64,000 nucleotides of DNA from Phycisphaerales bacterium. Lineage in GTDB: Bacteria > Planctomycetota > Phycisphaerae > WQYP01. The first letter of the stretch is position 1; each line of letters starts with the position of its first letter. Shown piece after piece: positions 29,271 to 39,404 of the stretch. Location: NCBI GenBank assembly GCA_027451365.1, contig DAIDJN010000063.1, positions 70,979 to 134,978 of the forward strand. The letters run 5' to 3'. The notes under the pieces are model-generated. The model ran no database searches. It was not told the origin of the DNA and worked only from the letters and a program-made list of their open reading frames with translations. The translations under genes were made by a program, and so were the position numbers.

Positions 29271-30224
29271 TTAACGCAGGAATTTTAATATCAGACGGGC
29301 GACGCATTCGGGTGATTCCTCATGCGGCAAATGCGATAAGGCAGGCAACCCCGCATACTGGCCATGCGGCAGAAGTTCCGCAAGTCGGCGGCCGGCGTCC
29401 GAAGCAAGCAATCGGTCCTGTTCTCCCCAGACCACCAACGTGGGCTGGGCAAATTTTGATACCTGGGCCAAATAGCGGCTCACATCCGCATCCCTCCGAG
29501 GCAGGTGGCGAATTGTATCCATCAGTTTCATACGGTTGGAACAAGATGCCATTGTGTCTGCATAGATTTTCAGAAGGTCCCTGTCCGCCAGGGCCGGATC
29601 TGCGTAGCCGATGCCGACGACTCCCTGCACCAGTTGGTCCACCGGCGTAATGGCCATCACCAGTTCGCCAAGAATCGGGAAACTGACCAGCCGATAGAAG
29701 CGCGGCAATGGCTGTGGAAAAATGGCCGGATTCAGCACCACAATTCGCGAAAAAAGTGCTGGCTTCAGCATCGCCGCAAGCAGACTTATGCCTCCGCCCA
29801 GGCTTGATCCGCCGATGTTCACACATCCCAGTCCCAACGCTTCCACCAGTCGCACCGCGATGCGTGCCATAACCGGCACGGCGATTCCCCCGGCGGGCCA
29901 GCCCTGATCATGTGCAAAACCGTTGTAATCCGGAAGAATCAGATCCATCGAATCAATCAGATATTCCGCCAGCCTTCGAAACGAGCCAATGTGCAGCCCC
30001 ATGCCGTGGAGCAGCAGCAATGGCGGAAACGCGGCGGCGGAGCCCCCAATGCGGTTGGAACTTCGCAATACCTTAAATGCGATGTCGCGACCGTCAGCCC
30101 GCAGCGCATAAGTCAACCGATTGGAAATGTCCGCGGGCTGCGAAAAATTAAATTTTTTCACCGGCACAAATGGCTGTGCGAAGTGAAAAAAATCAACCGG
30201 TAAAAAATGGCGCGTTGGGGGCAA
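29271..30224 (-). CDS. alpha/beta fold hydrolase
   Basis: LLLHG, nucleophile GSSLGG, WGEQD, SHLPHEE. TTG start at 30224 chosen from GGAGAG RBS and upstream TATAAT. Confidence 0.85.
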   Translation of the reverse strand: MPPTRHFLPVDFFHFAQPFVPVKKFNFSQPADISNRLTYALRADGRDIAFKVLRSSNRIGGSAAAFPPLLLLHGMGLHIGSFRRLAEYLIDSMDLILPDYNGFAHDQGWPAGGIAVPVMARIAVRLVEALGLGCVNIGGSSLGGGISLLAAMLKPALFSRIVVLNPAIFPQPLPRFYRLVSFPILGELVMAITPVDQLVQGVVGIGYADPALADRDLLKIYADTMASCSNRMKLMDTIRHLPRRDADVSRYLAQVSKFAQPTLVVWGEQDRLLASDAGRRLAELLPHGQYAGLPALSHLPHEESPECVARLILKFLR

Positions 30225-30395
30225 TGCATGCTCTCCGTTTGGCGGCGGGGAAATTTTACTCCAGGCATTATAGTTCGCCACCTCGTGCTTGGCTGCGACC
30301 AGCGAAAAATGATCCGTCCGGTATGGAAAGCAATCTTGGACAACAGCAAGGCGGCGGACTGGCAACTGGGCCGGGGAATCGTATAATCGGTGGAT

Positions 30396-30490
30396 GTTCG
30401 CTAGGGGTGTCCATTGGCCCGCAAAGGCCCGGACTGAGAATAAACCCTCCGAACCTGACCCGGGTTGTACCGGCGTAGGGAATGCGATTC
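30396..30490 (+). promoter_or_regulatory. TPP riboswitch
   Basis: AGGGGTG...CTGAGA..AAACCC..GAACCTGA..CGGGTT.TACCGGCGTAGGGAA upstream of thiC; TATAAT at 30382-30387. Confidence 0.93.
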
Positions 30491-30617
30491 ACCGCCATTT
30501 GTTCTGGCGGCAGGTCTTCTGACACTTCTTTACGCGGAATAACCGATTTATTGCGGTTCCAGCGGCTACAATATATCCGCGGGGTAATCGCTGTTGTCGC
30601 GAATACAGGAGTCTTCC

Positions 30618-32390
30618 ATGATTCAGCCCAATTCGACCCGTCCATCAACCCTGCCCGCCAGCAACGCTAGCGGCCCGCCGAATGGGCGGCATCTGGTGAC
30701 ACAATATGAATTCGCACGGGCCGGCATCATAACGCCCCAGGTGATTCGGGTGGCTCAGCGGGAAGGGCAGACTCCGGAATTTATCCGTCAGGAGGTGGCC
30801 CGCGGCCGTCTGGTTATTCCCGCCAATATCCGCCACCTGGCCGGTGCCGGCGGAAAGGCGCTGGAGGGAAGTGTGATGGACCTGAATTTTCCACTTCCGG
30901 CGGACATCGCCCATCCCGGCGCGCGCGGCAACGCGGCGGCGCTTTGGGTGAACCAGACCGTTGCGCAGCGGTCAGCCATTATCGGCGACGCCTCCGCATT
31001 TGTCGGACGCGCCGCGCCCAAGCGGCTGGATCCAATGGCCATTGGCCGCAAGGTTACAACCAAAGTCAACGCAAATATCGGAGCATCGCCGGTCAGCAGC
31101 AACACCAGCGAAGAAGTGGAAAAACTTCAGTGGGCGCAGAAATACGGGGCCGACACGCTGATGGACCTTTCCACTGGCGGAAATCTGATGGAATGCCGCC
31201 AGGCGATTATTGACCACAGCACCATTCCCATTGGAACGGTTCCGATTTATTCGATGATCATTGGCCGCAAGATTGAAGACCTGACCCATGACATGATCCT
31301 TCGTGAGGTGGAGCGTCAGGCCCGGCAGGGGGTGGACTATTTCACGATTCATGCCGGGGTGCTGAAGGAACATATTCCGCTCTTGAAACACCGTCTGACC
31401 GGGGTGGTCAGCCGTGGTGGAAGTCTATTGGCGAAATGGATGATTGTACATAACAAGCAAAATCCGATGTATGAATTATTTGACGAGATTTCCGCCATCA
31501 TGCGGCAATATGATGTCACTTATTCGCTGGGCGACGGGCTGCGTCCCGGCTGCTGCGCCGACGCCACCGACGCGGCTCAGTTGGCGGAACTCCGCACACT
31601 CGGCGAACTGGTACAGCGGGCGCGTGAAGCGGGCGTGCAGGTGATGGTGGAAGGCCCCGGCCATGTGCCGATGGACCAGATCGCCATGAACATGCAGATG
31701 GAACAGCAGATTTGTGATGACGCGCCGTTTTATGTGCTTGGCCCGCTGACCACGGATGTGTTCCCCGGCTATGACCATATCACCAGCGCCATCGGCGCAA
31801 CCGAGGCCGCCCGCGCCGGCGCCGCCATGTTGTGCTATGTCACGCCCAAGGAACATGTCGGCCTGCCCAAGGCCCAGGACGTGAAGGCGGGCTGCATTGC
31901 CTACAAAATTGCCGCCCACGCCGGGGATATCGCGCGCGGCATTGACGGTGCCCGGCAATGGGATGATGACATGTCCCGCGCCCGCGCGGCCTTGAACTGG
32001 CCCCGAATGTTCGAATTGGCCTTCGATGGCCAGACCGCACGTGCCCTGCACGATGAAGACCTGGAAGTGGATACGGACTTTTGCGCCATGTGCGGTCACG
32101 ACTGGTGTTCCATGCGGATCAGCAAGGAAATTCAGGAATTTGCCAGCGGCAAAGACCCGAATTTTCAGCCGGAGAAAAAAGCCGCCAGTTCCGCCGGCAT
32201 CAGCGATGACGGTGCCGACCTGCTGCGGCAGCGCGGCGTGCTGACCCAGGAACAGATTCACGCCCTGGCCCACAAGGGCAAAAAGGCCGAATGCCACACG
32301 GACAACGTGCCGGATGCTCACACCGCAAAACTTGTGCAGCTTAATACCCTCAAGGCTCACGGCCTGGTGGTGAACGAAAGCGGGCTTTAA
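30618..32390 (+). CDS. thiC: phosphomethylpyrimidine synthase
   Basis: [49 protein letters not shown]. Confidence 0.96.
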   Translation: MIQPNSTRPSTLPASNASGPPNGRHLVTQYEFARAGIITPQVIRVAQREGQTPEFIRQEVARGRLVIPANIRHLAGAGGKALEGSVMDLNFPLPADIAHPGARGNAAALWVNQTVAQRSAIIGDASAFVGRAAPKRLDPMAIGRKVTTKVNANIGASPVSSNTSEEVEKLQWAQKYGADTLMDLSTGGNLMECRQAIIDHSTIPIGTVPIYSMIIGRKIEDLTHDMILREVERQARQGVDYFTIHAGVLKEHIPLLKHRLTGVVSRGGSLLAKWMIVHNKQNPMYELFDEISAIMRQYDVTYSLGDGLRPGCCADATDAAQLAELRTLGELVQRAREAGVQVMVEGPGHVPMDQIAMNMQMEQQICDDAPFYVLGPLTTDVFPGYDHITSAIGATEAARAGAAMLCYVTPKEHVGLPKAQDVKAGCIAYKIAAHAGDIARGIDGARQWDDDMSRARAALNWPRMFELAFDGQTARALHDEDLEVDTDFCAMCGHDWCSMRISKEIQEFASGKDPNFQPEKKAASSAGISDDGADLLRQRGVLTQEQIHALAHKGKKAECHTDNVPDAHTAKLVQLNTLKAHGLVVNESGL

Positions 32391-32457
32391 AATATACGAA
32401 CCAACGATTATCAGGCCGGAATTGAAGCCTGCCGACATTGGCCGTGGCCGTGGGACA

Positions 32458-32483
32458 TGTAACTTTATCAGCCGCGGTCCGTT
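32458..32483 (+). promoter_or_regulatory. putative ECF promoter
   Basis: TGTAAC-N16-CGTT, same -35 and spacing as the promoter of the ECF sigma gene. Confidence 0.6.
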
Positions 32484-32553
32484 TATAGTAAAGGTCGGCT
32501 GCGCCGCGCAAGCTGCGTGCGGTGTTTGAAGAGTTTATTACAGGAATTAACCA

Positions 32554-33738
32554 ATGCGCCAACACCCACTGAATTATCCGGGAATCCGAATGGCTCCCAC
32601 ATTGGCCGCATGGTTCATTGCCGGATTCTGCTGGTTGCAAATGCCATTGGATATTTCCAGCCAAAGCGCGTTGGCTGCGGCGACTCCGGCCGCGGGCAAA
32701 CCCGCACAGACCCAAACACGGAAAAAGGCGGCGCGGCGCGATGTCGAATTGTCCCGGGACTGGAACCAGTGGAACAAACTGACCCGCGCATACTATCAGG
32801 CGGTGCCCCATTGGACAGACGTTATAAACAATGCAAAACTGCGGCGGCATTTCGCACCCAAGGCGATCGGGCTTCTTAACCAGCTTGTGGCGACCGAGGA
32901 CAACATCAGTCGCCTGGAGCCGAGCTACGCACGCTATCTGCTGTATTTTAAATTACGGAACATCGCCCAGCTTGCGGCCTACGGGGACAAAGCCGCGGTT
33001 GCCCGGCTGCAGAAAGCCGCCGCCGCCAGTGACCCGCGCACCGCCATGCTTGGGCAGGTGGAAATTGCCCAATACAAGTGGTGGATCGCCGATGGCGTCG
33101 CCGCGCGGCAAATCAGCATACTCCAGTCACTTGAACCGCTGGCGCGGAAATATCCGACATCCAATGGGCTGACGCTGGGCATTGTGCGGATTGGCGCATT
33201 CGCTGATACGGTGAATCCGAAAGTAAGCCAATACGCCGTGACCCTGGTGAAGCATCTTCACACGGCCATCGCACGAAACACTCTGGAAGGCGTTCAATCG
33301 CGGTTGCGCCTGATTGAACTGGTGGGCAAGCCGCTGACGCTCAAGACTCCAACCCTTGCCGGGGATACCTTCAATCTGAAGAATTGGCGGGGCAAGGTGG
33401 TGCTGATCACTTTGTGGAGGCAACCGTTCAGCCAATTCCAGCTTGGCGGCATTTATAAGGAATTGCATCCGCAGGGGCTGGAAATTCTTGCAGTACCGAT
33501 AGATCAGCGCTTTACACAAATCGGCACACTGATGATGACCCACCCGGAAATGTCCTGGACACAAACCGCAATACAAAAGCCCACCGGTCCTGGCCGAACT
33601 GTATTCGGGCTGCCGGTCGGCCCGGGCGATTCCATGCAGATAGTTCTGGACCGCAAAGGAATTGTGCGAATGGTTTCCGCGGATCCGCGAATCAACGGGA
33701 TTGTGCCCGAAATCCGCAAATTGCTGGCCCAAAAATAA
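32554..33738 (+). CDS. exported TlpA/ResA-like thioredoxin-fold protein lacking CxxC
   Basis: Signal peptide, helical N-domain, VGKPLTL...FNLKNWRGKVVLITLW...GLEILAV...VLDRKGIVR. Confidence 0.75.
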   Translation: MRQHPLNYPGIRMAPTLAAWFIAGFCWLQMPLDISSQSALAAATPAAGKPAQTQTRKKAARRDVELSRDWNQWNKLTRAYYQAVPHWTDVINNAKLRRHFAPKAIGLLNQLVATEDNISRLEPSYARYLLYFKLRNIAQLAAYGDKAAVARLQKAAAASDPRTAMLGQVEIAQYKWWIADGVAARQISILQSLEPLARKYPTSNGLTLGIVRIGAFADTVNPKVSQYAVTLVKHLHTAIARNTLEGVQSRLRLIELVGKPLTLKTPTLAGDTFNLKNWRGKVVLITLWRQPFSQFQLGGIYKELHPQGLEILAVPIDQRFTQIGTLMMTHPEMSWTQTAIQKPTGPGRTVFGLPVGPGDSMQIVLDRKGIVRMVSADPRINGIVPEIRKLLAQK

Positions 33739-33896
33739 GCCGCCCCCACCGCCGCGCATAACGCAACCATCTTTTTTCCAATATAGAATTGCGACCATCG
33801 GCCTTTGATTATTCCGGGACAAAACCACCTGGCGCAATCATGCACCTGCCGACGGAATCAGGCCGCCCCTTACCGGGCTCGCGAATCTGAATTATA

Positions 33897-36686
33897 ATGA
33901 ACGTCATGTCGCCTTCGCTCAACGAACAATCCATTACCTCGATTGACACGGCCGCTCTTACGCCGGCCATGCGGCAGTATCAGCAGTACAAAACCCAATA
34001 CCCGGACGCCATACTGTTTTTCCGGATCGGCGATTTTTACGAAACGTTTTATGAAGATGCCCGTGTGATTTCACGGGTTCTTGGTGTGGCCTTAACCAGC
34101 CGCAGCAAAGGGGAAAACGCGGTGCCCATGGCCGGCGTTCCCTACCATGCCGTGGATGGGTACCTGCAACGCATGATTGCGGCGGGCTACCGTGTGGCGA
34201 TCTGCGAGCAGATGCAGGACCCCAAACAGGCCGCCGGCCTGATTGACCGGCAGGTAACGCGACTGGTCACGCCGGGCACACTGACCGAAGAAACAATGCT
34301 GGACGGCCGAGCGGAAAATTTTATCGCGTGCCTGATTCCGCTCTCCGGGCGGGAAGCGGAACAGGCCCTTCGGCAAAGCCCCGGTCGTGAAACCGCGGAT
34401 TCAAATAGCGGCGAATCGCCCGATAACCAGCGCGGTAGCGCGGTGGAGAATGCCCCGGAAATTGCGGCTCTGGCCTGGTGTGAGCTATCCACCGGAAAAT
34501 TCCTGACACTGGTCGATCGTCTGGCCGCCTGTCGCGAAGAGTTGGCCCGCATTCGACCGCGCGAACTATTGTACAGTGAACCGCCGGACCACCAGCCGCC
34601 CGCCTGGGCGCGCAGCCTCAAGGACATGCTGCAATTGACGCTGACCAGTCGGCCGGCGTGGCAATTCGGGCAGCATCAGGCGGCCAGCCAGCTTAAACAG
34701 CAGTACGGCGTGATCGGCTTTGAAGCGTTTGGCTATACTTCCGCGGCAGATCCGGCGATTATGGCGGCCGGTGGTCTGGGGGCCTATTTGCATGAAACAC
34801 AAAAAGCCTCGTTGGAGCATCTGCAACCCCCCCGCCCATTTTTGCGCGACGATTACCTGGTCATTGACCCGGCGTCGTTGCGATCGCTGGAGGTGGAACG
34901 CACCATTCGGTCCAACAACGTGGAAGGATCGCTGGTAGGTTCGCTGGATGTCAGCCGCACTCCGATGGGTTCACGTCTGATTCGCAACTGGCTGCTGTTT
35001 CCGCTGCGCGACCCGGCCGCGATTGAAACGCGTCTGGCCGCCGTAAGCGACCTGATCGCGAGCGATGCGGTTCTGGATCAACTGCGGCTGATATGCACGG
35101 ATTGCGGCGATATTGAACGCATCGCGGCGCGCATCTGCTGCCGCCGCGCCACGCCGCGCGACCTGTTAACACTGGCCCGCAGCCTGGATACGCTTCCAGT
35201 GGTGATAAAACTGTTGAAATCGACCGGGCCAGCCGCGGGACTTGCACCGTTGACCGCGGCCCTGGAAAGTGCCGGAGTGCGTGCAGGCGAACTGGCGGGC
35301 GCGGTGAACCGCACGATAGCAGAAGACCCGCCATCGCATCTGCGGGATGGCAATGTGATCCGCGCCGGAATGAATCCTGAACTTGACCGCCTGCGCACAT
35401 TGGCGGGCGACAGCCGCACCTGGCTGGCGGACTATCAGGCGAAACTCTGCAAAGCCTCCGGCATTCATTCGCTGAAAGTCGGATTCAACAAAGTTTTCGG
35501 GTATTACATTGAAGTCAGCCACGCGCAACAGTCGAAAGTTCCTCCGGAATTCATTCGTCGGCAGACCGTGAAAAGCGCGGAGCGTTACATCACGGAAGAA
35601 CTTAAGAAATTTGAAGCCGAAGTACTGACCGCCCAGGAACGTTCACGGGCCTTGGAGCAGGAAATTTTTGAAGACCTGCGCGGGCATCTGGCCAATGAAA
35701 TACAGGTGCTGCAGAATCTGGGACGGCGGATTGCGGAGCTTGATGCCCTGGCGTGCGTCGCCCATCTGGCGCGCAGCCGGCGTTACTGCCGTCCGGAAAT
35801 AACGCGCGACCGACAATTGCATATTCTGGAGGCCCGTCACCCGGTTGTGGAACCGATTCTGGGTGAACAGTTTGTTCCCAATGATATTTCATTTGCTTCC
35901 GACGGCCCCACGCTGCACATTATCACCGGGCCGAACATGGCTGGAAAATCGACCTATATTCGTCAGGCGGCGCTGCTGGTGCTGATGGCTCAGGCCGGTT
36001 TCTACCTGCCGGCCAAGCAGGCGACGATCGGGCTGGTGGACCGGATTTTTACACGGGTGGGAGCCTCAGACGACCTGGCCGCCGGACAATCGACCTTCAT
36101 GGTGGAAATGACCGAAACCGCCAATATCCTTTTGAATTCCACCGCTCAGTCGCTGGTCATTCTGGATGAGGTGGGACGCGGCACCAGCACGCTGGATGGC
36201 CTGGCGCTGGCCTGGGCGATTGCCGAATACCTGGCCGACACCACACGCTGTCGCACACTGTTTGCCACGCATTATCACGAACTGACGGAACTGGCGGAAA
36301 GTTCTTCGGCGGTCTGCAACCTCAATGTATTGGTGCGCGAATGGGAAGATCAGATTCTATTCATGCACCGCATCGTGCCCGGTCGGGCGGACCGCTCGTA
36401 TGGTGTGCAGGTGGCGCGCCTGGCCGGAGTGCCGCGCAGCGTCATTCAGCGAGCGCGACGGCTTATGGACCAATTAAATGTTCAGGTGGGAAAGGCCCGG
36501 CCTCGGGCGGCGGCGACCACAGTAGCCGGCCAGGTGAATCTGTTTGATTCATCGGAAAGTCAGGTGGCCGGAAGACTTGCGGCGCTGGACTTAAACCGGA
36601 TGTCACCGGTGCAGGCCTGGGAAGCCATTAAGGCACTTCAGACTCTTCTGACCGAAAAGAAAGCCTTGGCCGGTCAGAAAGCCTAA
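33897..36686 (+). CDS. mutS: DNA mismatch repair protein MutS
   Basis: TPAMRQY, GDFYETF, ITGPNMAGKSTY, STFMVEM, DEVGRGTST, FATHYHEL. Confidence 0.97.
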   Translation: MNVMSPSLNEQSITSIDTAALTPAMRQYQQYKTQYPDAILFFRIGDFYETFYEDARVISRVLGVALTSRSKGENAVPMAGVPYHAVDGYLQRMIAAGYRVAICEQMQDPKQAAGLIDRQVTRLVTPGTLTEETMLDGRAENFIACLIPLSGREAEQALRQSPGRETADSNSGESPDNQRGSAVENAPEIAALAWCELSTGKFLTLVDRLAACREELARIRPRELLYSEPPDHQPPAWARSLKDMLQLTLTSRPAWQFGQHQAASQLKQQYGVIGFEAFGYTSAADPAIMAAGGLGAYLHETQKASLEHLQPPRPFLRDDYLVIDPASLRSLEVERTIRSNNVEGSLVGSLDVSRTPMGSRLIRNWLLFPLRDPAAIETRLAAVSDLIASDAVLDQLRLICTDCGDIERIAARICCRRATPRDLLTLARSLDTLPVVIKLLKSTGPAAGLAPLTAALESAGVRAGELAGAVNRTIAEDPPSHLRDGNVIRAGMNPELDRLRTLAGDSRTWLADYQAKLCKASGIHSLKVGFNKVFGYYIEVSHAQQSKVPPEFIRRQTVKSAERYITEELKKFEAEVLTAQERSRALEQEIFEDLRGHLANEIQVLQNLGRRIAELDALACVAHLARSRRYCRPEITRDRQLHILEARHPVVEPILGEQFVPNDISFASDGPTLHIITGPNMAGKSTYIRQAALLVLMAQAGFYLPAKQATIGLVDRIFTRVGASDDLAAGQSTFMVEMTETANILLNSTAQSLVILDEVGRGTSTLDGLALAWAIAEYLADTTRCRTLFATHYHELTELAESSSAVCNLNVLVREWEDQILFMHRIVPGRADRSYGVQVARLAGVPRSVIQRARRLMDQLNVQVGKARPRAAATTVAGQVNLFDSSESQVAGRLAALDLNRMSPVQAWEAIKALQTLLTEKKALAGQKA

Positions 36687-36744
36687 GTGCAAAGGGCCGA
36701 CGGAGCGGCCCAACGCATGGGGAACGGCTGATGAAGGATTGCGC

Positions 36745-37251
36745 ATGTCCAGACGGAAAACATCACTATGGCAGAGTTATCCCGCGCGGCCGGATATTGT
36801 GTTGTATCTGCTGGCGCTGATGGCGCTGCTGCTGGCCGCACAGCTTACGCCGGTGCTTACCATTAAAAAATTTGTCTTCTGGAAAAGCAGTTATTCGCTC
36901 TGGTCGGGCATGATCGGACTGTTCCGTGACCGGCATTATGGTCTGGCCATCATTCTGCTGGTGTTTTCCATTCTGTTCCCGTTCACCAAACTTGCGGTAT
37001 TGATGGCCCTGTGGGTTGGCCGGTTTACGGACGCCCGCCGTCAGGATGTGTTAAAGTGGCTGGAGCGGCTGGGAAGATGGTCGATGCTGGATGTGTTTGT
37101 GGTGGCGATGATTGTGGTAATCGCCAAAACCGGTGGCGCCTTGCAGGCGCGGCCGCGGCTTGGAATTTATCTGTTTGCGGCCGCGGTACTCCTGTCCATG
37201 GTACTGACCCGTTATATTCACCATCTGGCGCGCCGACGAAAAGCGGACTGA
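36745..37251 (+). CDS. paraquat-inducible protein A (PqiA) family membrane protein
   Basis: FSILFPFTKL and LGRWSMLDVFVVA motifs; single PqiA repeat. Confidence 0.85.
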   Translation: MSRRKTSLWQSYPARPDIVLYLLALMALLLAAQLTPVLTIKKFVFWKSSYSLWSGMIGLFRDRHYGLAIILLVFSILFPFTKLAVLMALWVGRFTDARRQDVLKWLERLGRWSMLDVFVVAMIVVIAKTGGALQARPRLGIYLFAAAVLLSMVLTRYIHHLARRRKAD

Positions 37252-37453
37252 CCGCGAGCCTTCAATTTGACCCGATTTTTACCCTCCAGATGAAAGAAGA
37301 GTCGCCGGGCGGCAACTAAATGCTGTACGCGAATTCGGGGCGTTGAACATAGTCACCCGCGCCGTCCCGAAGTCTGCCGCACGCGGTGTGCGGCAAAACT
37401 CAAAAACCGGTGGCCGCTGGCGCCGGTTGCGGGTATCAGCAGAGGTATTCATC

Positions 37454-39040
37454 ATGATCCACAAAACAGCACATGCGAACGTCCGAAAATACGGGGCAAT
37501 CGCCAAAGGCTCATTTTTAACGGCCATGGTCGCAGCGGCGGGCATCGGCTGCGGTCTGGCGGCGCTGGGTGCCGCACCCGGCGGCGCGCGGGCCGGAACC
37601 AGTCTGGCAAATTCGCATGACCTGGCGGTGGCCCAGGAGCTTTCGCACGCCTATGAGCAGTTGCACCACGCGATTAAAAATTCAGTGGTCAACATTTCCG
37701 TCATTAAGGTGATTCATCAGGCCGCACCGCAATTCCATATTCAAATGCCGCCGGGTTTCGGAAATATTCTTCCGCCGGGCGCGTTTCCGCTGGTTCCCGG
37801 TCAGGGCGGCGGAGGTGTGGAGAAGCTGATGGGCACCGGCAGCGGCGTGATCATAAGTTCCGACGGGTATATTGTCACCAACAACCATGTGGTCAGCGAT
37901 GCAACGCACATTCGCGTGACCCTGGCCGACGGGCGGCATTTCAAGGCCACGGTCGTGGGTCGTGATCCGAAAACGGACCTGGCTGTCATCAAGATCAACG
38001 CGTCGAATCTGGCCGCCGCGACACTGGGCGATTCGGCGAAGGTGCGCGTTGGCGAATGGGTGATCGCAATTGGTTCACCGTTTAATTTCAAACAGACCAT
38101 GACCCACGGGATTATTTCCGCCACAGGACGCACAAATGTAAATATCATCGCGGATAACGATCAGAAGCTTCGCGGCCTGACCTATGAAGACTACCTTCAG
38201 ACGGACGCGGCTATCAACCCGGGAAATTCCGGCGGTCCGCTGGTTAATCTGCGCGGGCATGTGATTGGCATCAATTCCGCGATTGCCACCAACACCGGAT
38301 CGTTTAACGGCATCGGATTTGCCATTCCCTCAAATGAGGTCAAGGCTATTTCCCATGCCCTGATCAAATACGGCAAGGTGGTTCGCGGTTATCTGGGAGT
38401 CACCATTGCCGACATCCGTCATGCGGAAGTGCGAAAAGTGGCCGGCACGTTCGGCTACAAGGGCCATCATGGCGTGCTGATCAATCAGGTGGAACCCGGA
38501 TCGCCGGCGGCCAGCGGCGGCCTGAAACGCGGCGATATTATTGTGGCGATGAATGGCCACAAGGTCATGAACATCAACGTTCTGCGTGATGAAATCGCCA
38601 ACACGCATCCCGGAAAAGATGTTCATTTGTCCATATTTAGAAATGGAAAAGACATGTCGCTGACACTCCCGGTGGGAACCCAGCCGGCCACCCGCACCCT
38701 GGCCGCGATGGCCGGCGGCAATGGCGGCGGCCAGACCATGGCCCAGTCGCCGACTCTGGGACTGACGGTTTCCGCCGTCTCCGCGCCACTGGCGAAAAAA
38801 TACGGGCTGTCGGCCCCAAAGGGAGTGCTGATCACCGGAGTCAAGGGCAACAGTGTCGCCGCAGGCGTGGGAATCAGTCCGGGCGATCTGCTGCTGAGCG
38901 TTCAGGGCCATCCGGTGAATTCGCCCGACCAGTTTTCCACGGTCATTCATAAGGTCAACCTTGCCGCGGGCGTACGCATGACGCTGCGAAGTCCGGACGG
39001 TTCGGAACGCTTTGTGTTTGTGCAGCATAGCGGTCATTAA
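37454..39040 (+). CDS. DegP/HtrA periplasmic serine protease with two PDZ domains
   Basis: GSGVII, TNNHVV, DLAVIK, QTDAAINPGNSGGPL. Confidence 0.95.
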   Translation: MIHKTAHANVRKYGAIAKGSFLTAMVAAAGIGCGLAALGAAPGGARAGTSLANSHDLAVAQELSHAYEQLHHAIKNSVVNISVIKVIHQAAPQFHIQMPPGFGNILPPGAFPLVPGQGGGGVEKLMGTGSGVIISSDGYIVTNNHVVSDATHIRVTLADGRHFKATVVGRDPKTDLAVIKINASNLAAATLGDSAKVRVGEWVIAIGSPFNFKQTMTHGIISATGRTNVNIIADNDQKLRGLTYEDYLQTDAAINPGNSGGPLVNLRGHVIGINSAIATNTGSFNGIGFAIPSNEVKAISHALIKYGKVVRGYLGVTIADIRHAEVRKVAGTFGYKGHHGVLINQVEPGSPAASGGLKRGDIIVAMNGHKVMNINVLRDEIANTHPGKDVHLSIFRNGKDMSLTLPVGTQPATRTLAAMAGGNGGGQTMAQSPTLGLTVSAVSAPLAKKYGLSAPKGVLITGVKGNSVAAGVGISPGDLLLSVQGHPVNSPDQFSTVIHKVNLAAGVRMTLRSPDGSERFVFVQHSGH

Positions 39041-39101
39041 TTTTTGCGTATGGCTTCTGTCATCTGATGCCATAGAGTCGGAATTCATAACTTCTCCTCC
39101 G

Positions 39102-39140
39102 AAACCTCCGCGGAAACAAGGTATTCCGCGGAGGTTTTTT
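39102..39140 (+). terminator. intrinsic terminator
   Basis: AAACCTCCGCGGAA / TTCCGCGGAGGTTT hairpin plus T-run. Confidence 0.88.
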
Positions 39141-39404
39141 ATTGCGCGCTGCGGCACCGTCGGCACCCGTGACCGGCAACAGCGCGTTCGATTCGCCGCG
39201 TTCAATGGATTTGCGCTAACAATTGGATAACATTTTGTTTGTGTTCGATTAATCTTTCATTCAGCCGCCTGATTACTAAACAATCGAGGTCTTCTTAATG
39301 CGGTCTTAACAAGCATCGGGATAATCTGCCTCGTCCTGTTACGGGTATTCGCCCAGGGCGGTCCCGGGCGAGCAACAGAATGAATTCCTCTTTTTAAGGA
39401 GAAC

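Noticed and set aside
31476..32438. Long antisense ORFs over thiC (likewise over galE, degP, recA, the Aas-like gene and moxR)
   Set aside because: Shadow frames of well-conserved GC-rich genes.
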